Shown: positions 32,301 to 45,459, counted from the stretch's first letter. The stretch is DNA of 64,000 nucleotides from Hormiphora californensis (GCA_020137815.1 CM035358.1:2418001-2482000); one strand, 5' to 3'. The notes: generated from the sequence alone by a model not told the origin. Program-made: numbers and translations.

Positions 32301-35268
32301 TTTCCCGGTAAATCGGGGTGATGCATTTTTGACCCCTAATACATAGATCTAATTTTCACGCTGCAGTTTCAACGACACACTAAGCTTTGCTTAGCTATTA
32401 CACTGCTCTCATGTATTCTCCTACACTGAAAGATTCATTGATTTAACTACAGTCGGACCCCGATTTACCGGGATCCTCGGGGGAAGCCATTTTGCCCGGT
32501 AAATCGGGGTGCCCGGTATATCGGGGTAGAGCATATTTGACCCATAAATCCTACTTTTGTCCAAAATTCTATACCAAGACACCTCTAACTGTATAGTATA
32601 CATTTATTGATGACAATATGATCATTGCTTCTGTCATTAGAAATAGAAAATTTAAAAAATTCAAAAAAAATTGTAAAAACTTTTTCTAAGGTAAACCACC
32701 CTGACCGAGTCCGAATCATGTTTTGAATCGGTGCATCTTATCGCATGTCCTGCTGCTAATTAGGCGGTTCGAAACGAACCGATACGTGATCCCCATTAGA
32801 CCTAGCGAATTGCAAATGCAAGTTTACCAACCGGCCGAACTTCGAAAATTTTCCAAAAAAATCGGGGGAAAGAAATCCTCCCGGTAAATCGGGGTTCCGG
32901 TAAATCGGGGCCCGGTAAATCGGGGTCCGACTGTACATATATCAAAAATTTTCAAATCATTCTTTTCCGTTGAATGATATTCAAAATAGGATTGGAAGAA
33001 TATTACAATTTGAATTCTACCTGTTTCTAGCTTTAATAGTAACTTTCGCCTTTGTTTTCTCTTGATCTTTATGGTGACTTTCAACGTAACATGTGAAAAT
33101 GTATATCCCCTCCTGAAATGATAAGGCGTTACAAATTTGGGAACTGATATCAGTTTCCAGCTCCCAGTTTCACATCGAAGTGATGATACTACGCACAGCG
33201 CTTAGACTTTCAATGCAATTCACATGGAAATTCGGTCACGTAATCGTGGATGACGCACACAGCATGGTTCATCAGGAGTCTCCCAGCTGGAAACTGGTGT
33301 CTGTTTCCAACTTGGCATATGCGCTGCAGACCCCTAGTGCACACGTTTCCCAATTTTATTGGGGACTGCAGCGTAGGCCAAGTTTCCGACCTGGCCTAGT
33401 TTCCAATTTGTAACTAGAGCGTAACTGTATAGCTGATAGCTGGCCAATGCTCTGACAGAGCTGATAGCTGTCTGACGGCGCCAGTTAATTTTCATACCAT
33501 TTCCGTTGTGTTGACGGTTAATACTTGTCCGTAGTTTCCCTTGGGGTGTGATTCGCTAATGTTCTTCACCGAGCACCCTCCATCGTTTAGTGGCACATTA
33601 CACTTGTTACCCACGGCGTTATCCCAACTCACTATGCTGTGCGCTGTTAACTCATCTTTCTGTTTTAAGTAGAATTCTTTGGTTGGTGGTTTTAGGTATT
33701 CGCACACATTTTTTGTACCATAAAAAACAAAATTGAATTTCGTAAGTTTCTCCGGGCTCCCTTACCTTTCGTTTGAACCAACGCAATCGTTCGTTTACAT
33801 TTGTATTAACAGTATTATATCCCAGAGTCTCCTCATCCTGGACACGACATGTCAACTCAGCGAGATTTCCAATAAAGTGTGTGCTTTCCTCGGGGTCCAG
33901 ATACACCGGATGTATCCGATACACCGTTTGTGGATGTGTCAATTTTTCTGATAGAATGGTCAGGTTTCCTGAAATATATCGTGAGTTGATCAAGGAATTT
34001 ATAAGCATGACTCGACTAGGCCTATCGAATACCCTAAGGCCTAGTCGAGACTCATTTTCTTGTAAACAATACAAAAACTCGTGGCTATTTCATCTCCGTG
34101 CTAACACTCCCTGCCTGTCAGAGGATTTACCTGTCAGAGCATTGGCCTGAGTACAGTACACTGTACACGCCTTGCTCCTGACTTACCTTGTTACTCAACA
34201 AGACTTACCATAGTGTAGTCGACACCAGGCGTTCACTCCATGATGTAGGGTATAGTTTTTTATAAATTCCAGTTGCATATGCGGCCCGTCCGCGTCCTCA
34301 ACAAACTTAGAACTGGACAGGTCAGCTGTAAAGTTCCTACCATTGTCACTTAGGATGATATCTGTAAAAGAGGTATTTTACAGGATGTCGTAGCATAAAA
34401 TATTAACTAATTAATTAGTTGATCTAGCAGTTGGTATAAACTTCTACCAAAGTTGAACGTGGGAACACGAGAAATGCCCAGAACTAAATTTTCCAGTGCA
34501 TGGTGACAATTAATTATGTAATTAATAATTACATGATCCCTTACCAATGATGGTGTTATCATTCTTCATCAGAGAATTTAAGTGCTCAGCACATTCACCC
34601 TGTTTCTTTTTGTTTACTGTGCAATTAAACTTCTCCGGTAACCCTTCTGACTTATTCTGGGGACGGCAAATATATTGAGTAACATTTTCCCAGTATGACA
34701 CGATTTGTTGAGTAAGGGGTAAGAGTGGGAGAGGTGAGGTTGCGTGAGTGGCGCTATTCGCTCAACCCTATCTCCCCCTTACTCAACAAAACACGATCGT
34801 CTTTCCCAAGAAGGTTCAGTACACATTGAGAAAGTTAATGATGCAGTCGGACCCCGATTTACCGTGATGCTCGGGGGAAACGGTTTTACTCGGCAAATCG
34901 GGGTCCGACTATAAGCTCCTAAAAAGTAATGGAAAAGAACAATATTCATCAACCTCATGTCCTATGTTGGCATATGTAATCGTCAAGCCGTTGCTTATCG
35001 TAGTTGTTTCTGACGAATCACAAATTTGATCAGGAGGTTTTGTGGCAGTACTATAATACTCTCTCGCTGGTTGGACAGTTGCATTCTCTGATTGGACAGT
35101 TGCATTCTCTGATTGGACAGTTGTACTCTCTGATTGGACAGTTGTATTCTCTGGTTGGACAGTTGTATTCTCTAATCGGACAATTGCATTCTCTGATTGG
35201 ACAATTGCATTCTCTGATTGGACAGTGAATCGGAGAAGTAGGAGACAACACAACACAAAGAGGACCAT
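29315..35268 (-). CDS. Receptor tyrosine kinase: signal peptide, Ig-like ectodomain, TM, TK domain; ectodomain exons appear disabled. Intact exons 33112-33021, 32235-32124, 31917-31783, 31537-31378, 31237-31067, 30843-30732, 30586-30478, 30256-30161, 30073-29960, 29452-29315
   Basis: [76 protein letters not shown]; [29 protein letters not shown]; Ig-like LTC..W and [10 protein letters not shown]; signal [18 protein letters not shown]. Confidence 0.85.
29668..29711. mobile_element. 44-bp TIR-only copy of the CAGTCGGACCCCG MITE
   Basis: Two TIRs abut to form a near-perfect palindrome flanked by TA. Confidence 0.75.
29732..29942 (+). mobile_element. Short copy of the G-tailed GTCCAGCCCTAAAAAAGCT MITE
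   Basis: Same TIRs as 16138-16728; internally deleted. Confidence 0.75.
31675..31780. repeat. 23-bp minisatellite (AAACACCTACTGCTCCTTCATCA) x~4 in an RTK intron
   Basis: Direct reading. Confidence 0.75.
32450..32933. mobile_element. TA-flanked MITE CAGTCGGACCCCGATTTACCGG
   Basis: TIRs plus TA; further short copies at 31946-32033, 34844-34910 and ~58660-58710. Confidence 0.85.
33128..33414. mobile_element. MITE-like element (GTTACAAATT(T)GGGAACT / AGTTTCCAATTTGTAAC)
   Basis: Imperfect terminal inverted repeats inside an RTK intron. Confidence 0.5.
34704..34790. mobile_element. 87-bp TIR element (TTTGTTGAGTAAGGGG), 6-bp TSD ACACGA, at the 5' end of an RTK ectodomain exon
   Basis: 16-bp perfect TIRs; ACACGA at 34698-34703 and 34791-34796. 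Confidence 0.75.
35068..35225 (-). repeat. Coding 21-bp minisatellite (7-aa VQSENAT repeats) after the RTK signal peptide
   Basis: About 7 units of GATTGGACAGTTGCATTCTCT, in frame on the - strand. Confidence 0.85.
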
Positions 35269-35356
35269 TTTGAGAAACGAAGAATAATTATTGGTATTTG
35301 GTGTATGGAATGTGCCCAATTTTGGTACTCAGAGAACAGTTTGCCACTAGTCCTAG

Positions 35357-35465
35357 CAGGAACCGGCCGAATCAGTAAATACTGGTCCCTGATTGGCTGA
35401 TAACCAGTCACGTGACCTAAATAACGAGTTCTGGTTGGTTGTTTACTTGTGTCGGTCGGTTCCTG
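35357..35465 (-). mobile_element. hAT-like MITE, inverted copy of 10595-10703
   Basis: Full-length reverse-complement match with few substitutions. Confidence 0.85.
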
Positions 35466-36171
35466 GCCACTACTCAGTTACTCCTCTCTCTCTGTCTGAG
35501 CTTCACGCCCCTCTCTTACCTGATATGTTGTTATAGGAATGTCTATCTATCTTCTGTCAAAAGGAAGCGGAATCGCCTTTTTAGATGGCCTAACTGATGG
35601 CTGAGTATAGTGAGTATAAAATTAGTGTGGATTGTGTGTAAAATGATAGATATAATGTAGAAAACTCCACGTGGTAATCCCTAACCCAGACTCTGAAGAA
35701 GGAGTAGAAAACCCGTTCTCTGAGTATCGCCACACAGTTACATAACAATACGATACTGCACCAAATGCTTCAAAAACGCGAACTTCATTTGGTACGGAAA
35801 TTACCCCTACTTTGCGGGCACGCTAAAATGTGCCTTACGCGATGCCGTACGACGGGTCCTGTCTGTACGTTGTCTCTATAAGTTGACTGGGAGTTGACCG
35901 TCTAATCATAAACTAATGACTTGGACACCTAAACCACATCAATGGTTGTTTCTTTGAAGACTGCTCATTTATTGCTAATTTTGGTTGGATATTGTACATG
36001 TATCTTTTCGGTCACTCTTTTGGAACTTTGTATCTCACCTTCAAGTACTTTCTTCCCTCTTGGGAGCGTTTAGCTGTGTCACCCAATCATGGCAGCTCTC
36101 CAGAGGGTCTGATAATTCAGAAGGTGAACCGGAGAAGTGTTCCTTCTCAGAAAAACTAATATAAACAAGGG

Positions 36172-36315
36172 CTGTATGGCGGCGGCGCCATACCCAAATT
36201 TGATTCTCGACAGTGCGCTCAGATTTGTCAGGCACTGACTGTACATCGCGCACTACGCGGCCTCACGGAGAGGACAGTCGTATATGAGCTCAGATGGGGT
36301 CGCGGCGCCAGACAG
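36172..36315. repeat. Dispersed GGCGCC inverted-repeat family (CTGTATGGCGGCGCCATACCC...ATGGGGTCGCGGCGCCAGACAG)
   Basis: Related copies at ~28160-28218, 30390-30440, 30940-31010, 40330-40395 and 47041-47114. Confidence 0.65.
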
Positions 36316-36353
36316 AACAAGAGATACGACGAGTACTTACAATTGTTACTTAC

Positions 36354-36530
36354 CAAAGGTGGCGTTACCGGCCTCCATCAGAGAAATCACGTACTCGCTA
36401 CAATCACTATCTAATTTGTCTTCATTTACAGAGCAGGAATATTCCTCTGATAAACCTTCTGAATTATCCTGTGGAAGATTTAAATTAGGTGACTCTTTCT
36501 CGCAATTACAGGTGCTCACTGTTCGGACTG
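36354..36530 (-). pseudogene. Exon remnant paralogous to the RTK ectodomain exon ending at 34545
   Basis: PQDNSEGLSEEYSCSVNEDKLDSDCSEYVISLMEAGNATF aligns with [39 protein letters not shown]; both end in a phase-1 G|GTAAG donor. Confidence 0.6.
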
Positions 36531-36855
36531 TTTCTTTCATTCTTTGTCTGGCGGCGCCGGCTCGATCTGAGGGCACTGTCTGTTTTCAGAATCAAACATC
36601 AAACAGCTCATTCTGGAGAAGGAAACAAGAGTGTCAATGAGACAAAAATTCCAAAGCAGCGATGGAAAATCGTTAGTGAGAGACACACCGAAGTTTCGAC
36701 CGCCTTTTGACTCAGCATGGATAGTGGATACAGGACATCCTGACATATGAATCAGTGAATAAATTAGCCTCTTGCAAACTATTTCTTAGTCATGTTTGAT
36801 TGATTGTTGACACGTGATCTCAACTTCGGTATGTCTCACCTCCTCCCTCCCCCAT

Positions 36856-36925
36856 TTGGTGACATATTAGACACCTGGCGCGACCCCCGCTCAATCTTGG
36901 TCGCGCACGGTGTCTATGTCACCAA
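36856..36925. mobile_element. 70-bp MULE-like MITE (TTGGTGACAT termini), 9-bp TSD CTCCCCCAT
   Basis: TIRs and an exact 9-bp flanking duplication; same ends as 47871-48547. Confidence 0.8.
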
Positions 36926-38562
36926 CTCCCCCATTCGGGGCCTGGCAAGGCCCCCCGACCCGAATATAACCCAAACTCAACCCATCCCCCCTAAAACATC
37001 CCCCCTAAAACTAAAACAACGGGGCCGAGCCGACAGGCCCTTAATACCAGATGGAAAAAAAACCATAAAACCATAAACCATAAAACCATAACCATAGATA
37101 TTTTTAGAGTGAAAGTTTTGAAGCCCCCTGAAGTAGTAGAGAGGTGTTCTATGGCTCGTTGGAAAGGTCTCGAGGTCCCGCGACGTATAGGGGGTGTGGC
37201 GATGGCCATACCCAAACCTATAAGGGGTAGGACGCGAAAAACAGTCAAAATAAGGGGTATACAGAACTCGGCAATTAGAAGGAGTAGAAAGGTGTTCTAG
37301 GGTGCGTTCGAAAGCTCTTGAGGTGCTGAAGTAATTGGAATGTAATTGGAAGTAATTACATGTAATTAAAATGTAATTACATGTAATTAAAGGGTAATTA
37401 CATGTAATTACAAGGTCTAAATGACCCCAAATGACAATTCAGACATATTTTGACATATTTGGAGGCCCTGAGACCAGCGGGTGGCAAAATTTAATCCGGT
37501 TTCGGGTCGGCTGACGTAAAAACTCCGCGTTTTGGTCGAGGTAATCCATATACATAGTACCATACAATACATCACATTCAATTCAACCTACATATGATAA
37601 ATGGGCAAGTATCAAACCCTGACCAATGGTAATGGGATCCGCTGTGTTCTCTCCACAGGTCGGTTTTGGTGGTGCAGGGGGAACGGAAGTGGAGACTACT
37701 GGTTCTGATTGGACGGTCAAGATAAGGATGGAAAACAAGGCGAGCAAGAACATTTTTAGAAATGCGCAGTGCGCACGTTAAAATTTAAAAATTTTAACGC
37801 ACACATTTTGCACTGTAACGCCGCACACTTTTTGCGGATTTCAAGTTTCTTGGGCTGTTCGGAACGGGCTCGATGCCCTGATCTTTCCAACAAGCCCAAA
37901 ATGAAGCAATTTTACCAAGAAATGGCAGAGTTATGACAAAAAACGTCAAATTTTAATTTTAATTTTAACGTTGGTGTGTGCTGACCCTAACTCGAATTAA
38001 ACCAGGATAGCAATCTATCCTGGTTGCTATTCTGGTTGCTATCCACTGGATAATCCAGGTTGCTACCCAGTTTGCTAGGTATTTTGGCGAGGGAGTGGTT
38101 CTTCTTATCTAGTGTTTTACAGCTTTATGGGATAAATCATGTCAGATATGACGGCATGCCCCTTCATTCCATTGCTCCTTGCAATGCTCAGCATCCTGGA
38201 TATGCAAGTCTGTGTTCTAGTTGAGTGAACTTGCTGACTCGGTGTAAATCAAAGGGACCGGATTAGAAAATTAGAATTATTTTAAACAGAAACGTCATAC
38301 TTCACACCACCCTGTTGCACCAAAGTAGCTCTAAATAACTCCGACACGCACACAACTAGGTCAGTAAACTTTTCCAGTACGCTTGATCAATTGTGCATAT
38401 ATAAGTGATGACGTGATCCGCAATTCTTTATCCATCCCCTATCCCCGCCCACTCTCTCTCCCACTATTTCGCTATGATCTGACCGTTTCTCACTTCACTT
38501 CACCGCCCTCGTTTTACCACGCACGCGATTAAAATTTACAATGGGACGGCACAGAGAAACGA

Positions 38563-38850
<288 letters not shown>

Positions 38851-38999
38851 AAAGTCATTATCTCAATACGTCCGTCGGTCTCACTCTGCTTCTGATCTGT
38901 CTTCGTTTGACTCCTAGTCTCTGTCTATCTCTCTCTCCTCCTGGCTCACCACATATCGATTATCTGAAATACAGCCACGTCAGCTTCACTGTTAGGACA

Positions 39000-40932
39000 C
39001 TGGGGTTTTATAAATATGTTTTTAGTCTACTTGCTCACTCTGCACCTAGTTGGACCACCCCGGGGGGAGGGGGGTTTATTTATAAAAAGCTCTCTCCAGG
39101 GTCGAGGACCAGCACGGGGTTTTCCCCAAACAGGTAGGGGGGTTTCCTTCCCTTCCCTCTCTCATTTGCGCTATAGTTTGACTACTATTCGCGCAAAGGG
39201 CCCCCCCTTTATCTTCGCCCCCGTGACCCCCCATGAAGGGGAAACCACCCAGTCGTTGGTATTTTCCCGTTTATAGAGCCCCATTTTTTATATGTGATCT
39301 GAAGCGCTTATACAGCTTGAATGGCCATTGGCCCTGTTTCCCCCGATTAGACCGGTTTCTACTAATGTCTTCAATACCTATTTTTGTGACACGTTGCTGA
39401 AAGTCTTTCTCGCTAGTAGTTACACCTTAATATCCCCCTTACTATTCGTTTAGCCCCCCCGACCACCCTCGAAACGGGGGGGGCCCCGCTTTTTCATACT
39501 ATCTTTTGCCCCAATCCAGGGGGGGGGCTCACGGGGGGGCTAGCGCATGTCGCGGCACTTTTGACTTCTTTGCACGAAGGACCGAGTTAGTTATGCGAAA
39601 TGAAGTCGCTAGGCTTCATGATCCCCCTCGAGGCCCACAACCACATACACCGACTTTCGTGGCCTCCCGCTGGCCCCATGGTAATTAAAGGCAGTTCATT
39701 TCTTTTCTGTCCCACTTGGTGAGGGGCACAATCAGTGGGCCGCGGATCAGGCCGCACAAGACAGTATGAAGATCAATTTCCCACGTGATTTATTAATGCA
39801 TCTCTTTGGAGTTCGACACGTTTCGATTCCCCTTTGGATCAGTTCGACACGTTTCGGTTTATTTATTAATGAAAATATTATTATCTCCTTTTAATTCTAT
39901 TCGACGTCCATCCCCTATTATATAGTTATTCTCCTGAATCAATCCCTTAATTTAGCGGCTTCCTCGCAGTGATTTCATTTAGATTTGGAAGCTGCAGAGT
40001 CGACATCGCTTGTGCAAAAAACCTATAGTAAAAAAAACTGTTTGATTAATGTCGTGATCTTTGATGTGCTTTGTTGTTGTAGTGAGCCGAAAACTGTGTT
40101 TGTACATCTTTTATTTTAAAAATTTGGACTTTGTAACAATCACTTGAATTTAAACCCTAATTCTATAACTAATTAATAAAAATTCTATCTTTTAGTTCCT
40201 CTCGGCTCGGTTGAAGGACCTTATTTTCCCCCTCCATCCCCCACCTCTCTCCAGTATATTTTAACCACCAAATGTACGCAAAAAACGTCCCTTTTTGTGG
40301 TCGTGGATTATATGGTAAATCAACAGGATCTGTATGGCGGTGCCATACCCATTTTATTCGCGAAGTGCCTCGATGGGGTCGAGGCGCCCGGACAGACCGA
40401 TTACAACGGGGTTTTGGGCCCCGATTTTCCGAAACTATACAATGGGATATAACACTCATATGAAAAGTTTACGTTTAGTTTGAATAGTTTTTAGAGCAAT
40501 CATTATTATTTTTCAAAAAGGTACCGGATCAAATAAAAAAGGGTTGGTTTTCAGGCAATATAACTGGGTTTTTTCTGTTGCAGATTCTTGTAAAATTATA
40601 TTTTCCGTCCCCATAATCAACCCCCATGAGGATGAAAAATGGAAAGGTTTGTTAATTAGATCGTGACCTGATTTTTTTTCAAAATTTTAATATCACTTTT
40701 CATTTTTTGGGTGTTTTTGAAAAAAAAAAGTGGGGGGCCTTTTACCCGGGGGTTTGGGTTTCCAATCAATTTGAAAAAAGATTTTTCAGTTTTTTCCCTT
40801 TTTGAGAAAAGAATTTCACTTTTTTTTTTCCCTTTTCCCCCCCTTTTTTTCCCCCCCCCCCTTTTTTTTTTTTTCCCCCCCCCTCCCCCCCCCCCACCCC
40901 CCCCCCCCTTTTTTTCCCCCCCCCCCCCCCCC

Positions 40933-40966
<34 letters not shown>

Positions 40967-43222
40967 TTTTTTTTCCCCCCCCCCCCCCCCTCCTTTCTCC
41001 ACCCTATTCCCTTTTCTCCCTTCCCCACGTCATATTTTTGTGTTTTGCAGTTACCGTTCTACCTGCACCTTTTTCCACCGAGCATATTTTTAAATTCCCA
41101 TCAAGCCCCCGTAGTCGTGCCCTTGCCCCGTTCGTATTTGCTAACAACAACTAAAACACACCATATATTGATGGCCTAACATTATAAACCCCCCGGGTAA
41201 ACCTGCTTGTTTTTGGTTGGCCCCATTTTTGCATACCCCCAAAGCAAAAATCCAATTGACACAACGACATCTGACGCAACCCCCCCACCTGAAACCAGGG
41301 TTTTTTTTTTTTGAAAATTTATTTTTGTTTTTTTGCTAAAAAAAAACCCCCGACAAATATTAATTTTTTAAAGGTTCTAATTTATTTAAACCCCTGGGTG
41401 AAAAACTTGGATTAAACTTTTTGTGATAACCGTTTTTTTTTTTTAAAAACCCACTTAAAGGGGTTTTTAATTCCCCGTGAATTGCTAAAAATTTTGGCCC
41501 CCCGCAATATGTTAAAAACCCACCCTCCTCAGCAACACAACCTTGCAAATTTAAGGCATAGTTTTAAATAGAACCCTTTTTTTTCAATTTAAGTTAGGGG
41601 AGACTCGTGAATTTTGGGCTAAAAGGCACCCGCTAAAGTTTAACAAAAATTTTTTTAAACCCCCCCAATTCTTTTTCCAAAAGATAATTTAAAAAAATTA
41701 AAACCTTTAACAAAAGAATTTTTGGGTTCGCCTCCCATCCAAAAAACAGGAAAAGAAAAAAGGAAAAAAAGAAAATAAGAACCCAATCCCCCCTTAAAAA
41801 TTCCCCTCCCCCCCCCCTTAATCCTTCCAACCCCCCCCCCCTTAAAAAATTCCCCCGGGCGGGGAAAAGTCGTTCGTACCCTAAGGAAAAGGATTTAGGA
41901 AATCCAGGGGATTGGATTTTCCCGGACACCTTCAAAAAAGGAAATTGTAATTAAACTTATCACTAATTAGTAATTAATTTATCGCTAATTAGTAATTAGT
42001 AAGTCATGTTTTTACGTTCACAATAACCGCCAGGACAGGGTTGAAATATTGTACTTTTTGGATCTGATTTTTTGATAATTTAATCACGACAGAATTTTTT
42101 TTTTTTGTTTGCAAAAAGCTGCGAAAAAGGGCGAGCTGGGCAAGTCAAATTTCCCCAAACTTTGTGAATGATGGAGGGGCCTATCATTTATTTCTTAGAA
42201 CCGGAACCCCTATCAAAATAGGGGTAAAATATTTGTCGTTTTGACAGGAGCTGGGGTTCTAAGAACATTGTTCTGGGAACTCGACTTGAAAAAAGGTAGA
42301 AAATTAGATCAAGTATTATCAGCTATCTCTGACGCTACAAGCATCACCTAGCCTAGATTCTAGGCGTTTCCACGTTTTAAAATGCTGATATTTGGTGAAA
42401 AAGATAAACGTTTTTTTACTAATTTGGGCTTTTGAGAAATTTTAACGGTTACAACATCAAAAAAGGGTACCAAAAATATGCGTAGAACTTTGGGCCGACA
42501 GGAAATAAAAAAACATTCAAAAAAATAAAATTTTAAAATTTGCACTAACGAGGAGAAAAAATAAATTTTCTTTGGGGGTTTTTTAATTTTAATTTTCCCT
42601 CAAAACCCCCCCCACAGAGTGGGAGCCCCCAAACTCTTCCCAACTCTACCTAAAAAGGGGAAAAATGGTTTTAAAAGAAAAAAAATGGGTAAATTTTTAC
42701 TTTTTTTACCCAAAAAAAGGAATTAAACAACTCTTGCTGTATTTTTAAATAGGGCAGGTTTTATTTTTCCCCTTTTGTCAAAAGGAAACCCCCAAAGGGG
42801 TTGGGCCCCCTTTTTTCCCCCCCGGAAACAAAAAACCCAAAAAGTCCTACTGGAGTTTTAATTTTTTTTGGGGGGTTTTTTTTTTTTTAATAAGGGGGGT
42901 TTTTTGTTTAATATTGAAATTTTTAATTTCCCCGGGAAAATTTTAAACCCCCAAAAATTTTAAAAATCAAATTAAAATTTGGGGGGGGGGATTTGGTTTG
43001 GTTTTCGGGGGGGGGGTTTCCCCCCCGGGGGGGGTGGGTTGGGGGGGAAAGATTGGGGGGGGGGAATTTTTCTTGCCCAAAATTAGTTATCTTTTAAAAA
43101 TTTTAAAAAATTTTTTGAAAGGGAAAAAAAGAAAAAAAATTATTTTCCCCCCCAAAAAATTCCCAAAACCCCGCTCCCCCCCCCTTTTTTTTCCCAAACC
43201 CCCCCCCCCCCCTTTCCCCTTT

Positions 43223-43268
<46 letters not shown>

Positions 43269-45400
43269 TTTTTTTCCCCCCCTTTCCCCCCCCCCCCCCC
43301 CCCCCCCCCCACCCCCCCCCCCCCCCCCCTTTTTTTTTTTTTTTTTTTTTTATTTGTTTTTTTCCCCAATCAGGTTTGACCAGAGCCCCGACTTTGACCA
43401 AAAGAGATGGAATTCCAACCCTGAAACAACCTTCTTTTTTCCCGGGACCAAAAAGTACTGGGGGAAGCTCCAGGAGACCCCGAGAGGCCAGGAAGGGGGA
43501 AAGTGTAAAGGAAACAGGAAGGCCGAAGATTTATTTTTGGGAAAAAGTTTCGAGGAAAAAAAGGGGCGGGGAAGGGGGATGAAAGAAAGAGAAATAGAGA
43601 GAGATCTGAGGGGGGTTTTCATTTCTCAGAAGAGAGAAGAAATTGACCAAAGCGTTGGTCCGAAACAGCAATCTAAACGAGATTTTTTGGGGTAAAAACC
43701 CGTTTTTTGGTTTTTGTTACAGTAAACTTTTTTTTAAAAAGGTTATAACAAATTAAAAATTTAAAGGATACCCATAATTTTCTTCTTTACCATTAAATTA
43801 TTTTTAAAAAAATTTTAAATTAACATTATTTTTGAGACTTGAATTTTTGGTATAAGGGGGGGGAAAAAGAATTTTTTTTTTTTTGGAAAAATTTGCAAAA
43901 AAATTTTGAGGGGGGTGTTTTCCCCGGGGGGTATCCCTTTGGGGCCCGGGGGCCTGTAAAAGTTAAAAATTTTGGGGCCCTTTTTTTTTTTTTTCTATTT
44001 TAAAAAAAAATTTTTTTTTTTTTAAAAAAAATTATTCTTGTTTTACAAAACCCCCGGGGGAGGGGATGGGTTTTTCGGGGGTTTTTTTCCCAAAAAAACC
44101 CGAAAAGGGGAAAAGGTTTTTTTTTAGGGGAAAAAATGCCCCCCAAATCCGGGGGGCAAAAGGGAAAGGGGGATTTTTAGGGGTTGGTTTAAAATTTTTG
44201 GGAAAAATTTTAAATTTCCTAACCCGGGAAAAAACCCCCCTTTCCCAAATTGAAACCCGAGGAAACCCCCGAAAAAAAAAAACCAAAGGGGGTTTTGGAA
44301 GGGGGGTTTCCCCGGGGGGGGGCCCCCCAGGTGGTCCCTGGGAGGGGGGGGGGGTGTACCAGGGGGGGGGGCCCGGCCCCCCCCTTTTTTTTTTGCAGAA
44401 ATTTTTTCCTTTTTTTTCTAAAATTTTTCGGACGATTTTTAAAAAATTTTTGTTTTTAATTGGGGTTTTTTAAAAAAAGAAACCCCCAATTTTTTTCTTT
44501 TTATTTAAATTTTTAAGTTTGGGAAAAGGGTTTTTAACCCTTTTACGAACATTCCCTTTTTGGACCCGCTTTTATTTAGGGTTTTGAAAAAAATAAAAAA
44601 AGTGGGCCAAACCCCTTTTGAACTTTACCCTTCAACACGCAATTCCTTTACTGTCCCCCACTTGATATATCCCCGCTTCAGGAACCGACCGAAACAAGTA
44701 AAAACCAAAACAGAACCGTTATTAGGTCACGGATGGTTTTCACCAAACAGGACCAGTATTTCCGATTCGGTCGGTTCCCCCCCTGCTTTTTTGTTGAGAG
44801 AATTTGATACCCTTTGGGGAAAAAGGGCCTATAATGATCACCCCGGGTCCTTCTCCTTTTTGCGAAATTTTCGATCATATTTTTATTTTGAAATAATTTT
44901 TAAATCCCGGGCGGGGTTTTTAAAAAAAATGTTTTTTTATTTAAAATTAGATGGGTTATAAAATGTAGAGAATTTTTACTATTTTTATCTTTTATTTTAA
45001 AATTTTTTAAAAATCCTGGAAGATCTTTTATCTGTTTTACGCCAAGCTTTCCTTTTTAAAACAAGCTTGGGGATGTATCGCCAGGCGTACTCAAAAGAAC
45101 CCCCCCAAAAAACAGAAAAGTTTGGGCCCGGGGGGGTTTACTTTTGGGTTACTCCGGGCCCCAAACCCATAGAAGGTAGATGGTTTTTCAAGTGACCCAA
45201 TGGCAGGAAAAAACCCTCCCAGAAGAAACTAGGGATTATCAAAAGCCGGTCAAACATACCATAAAAACTTTTTCGGAGGTGAAATCACCGTTTTACCATG
45301 CAGTTTTTGAGTTCGGGATTTATAGGGCTCCCGGGATAGCAAATAAAAATTTAGAGTTTAGATTGGGGTACTTTTTCCCATGAGCGTGTTTGGTTTAAAA
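39000..45400. other. Low-accuracy, homopolymer-inflated sequence (probable poor consensus)
   Basis: Runs of C/G/T/A up to tens of bases; known repeat families appear here only as indel-riddled copies (40330-40395, 44678-44778). Confidence 0.8.
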
Positions 45401-45459
45401 GGAAATGGTATGAATATGGCAGACACTCCCCTTAATGAAGCACTCAGTCGTTTGTTTTA

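Noticed and set aside
37638-37781. Possible + strand exon (ctctccacag|VGFGGAGGTEVETTGSDWTVKIRMENK...)
   Set aside because: No partner exons or recognisable homology found; cannot be supported.
40656-44473. Poly-Pro/Gly/Lys ORFs resembling extensins or formins; G-quadruplex clusters
   Set aside because: They lie in homopolymer-inflated low-accuracy sequence.
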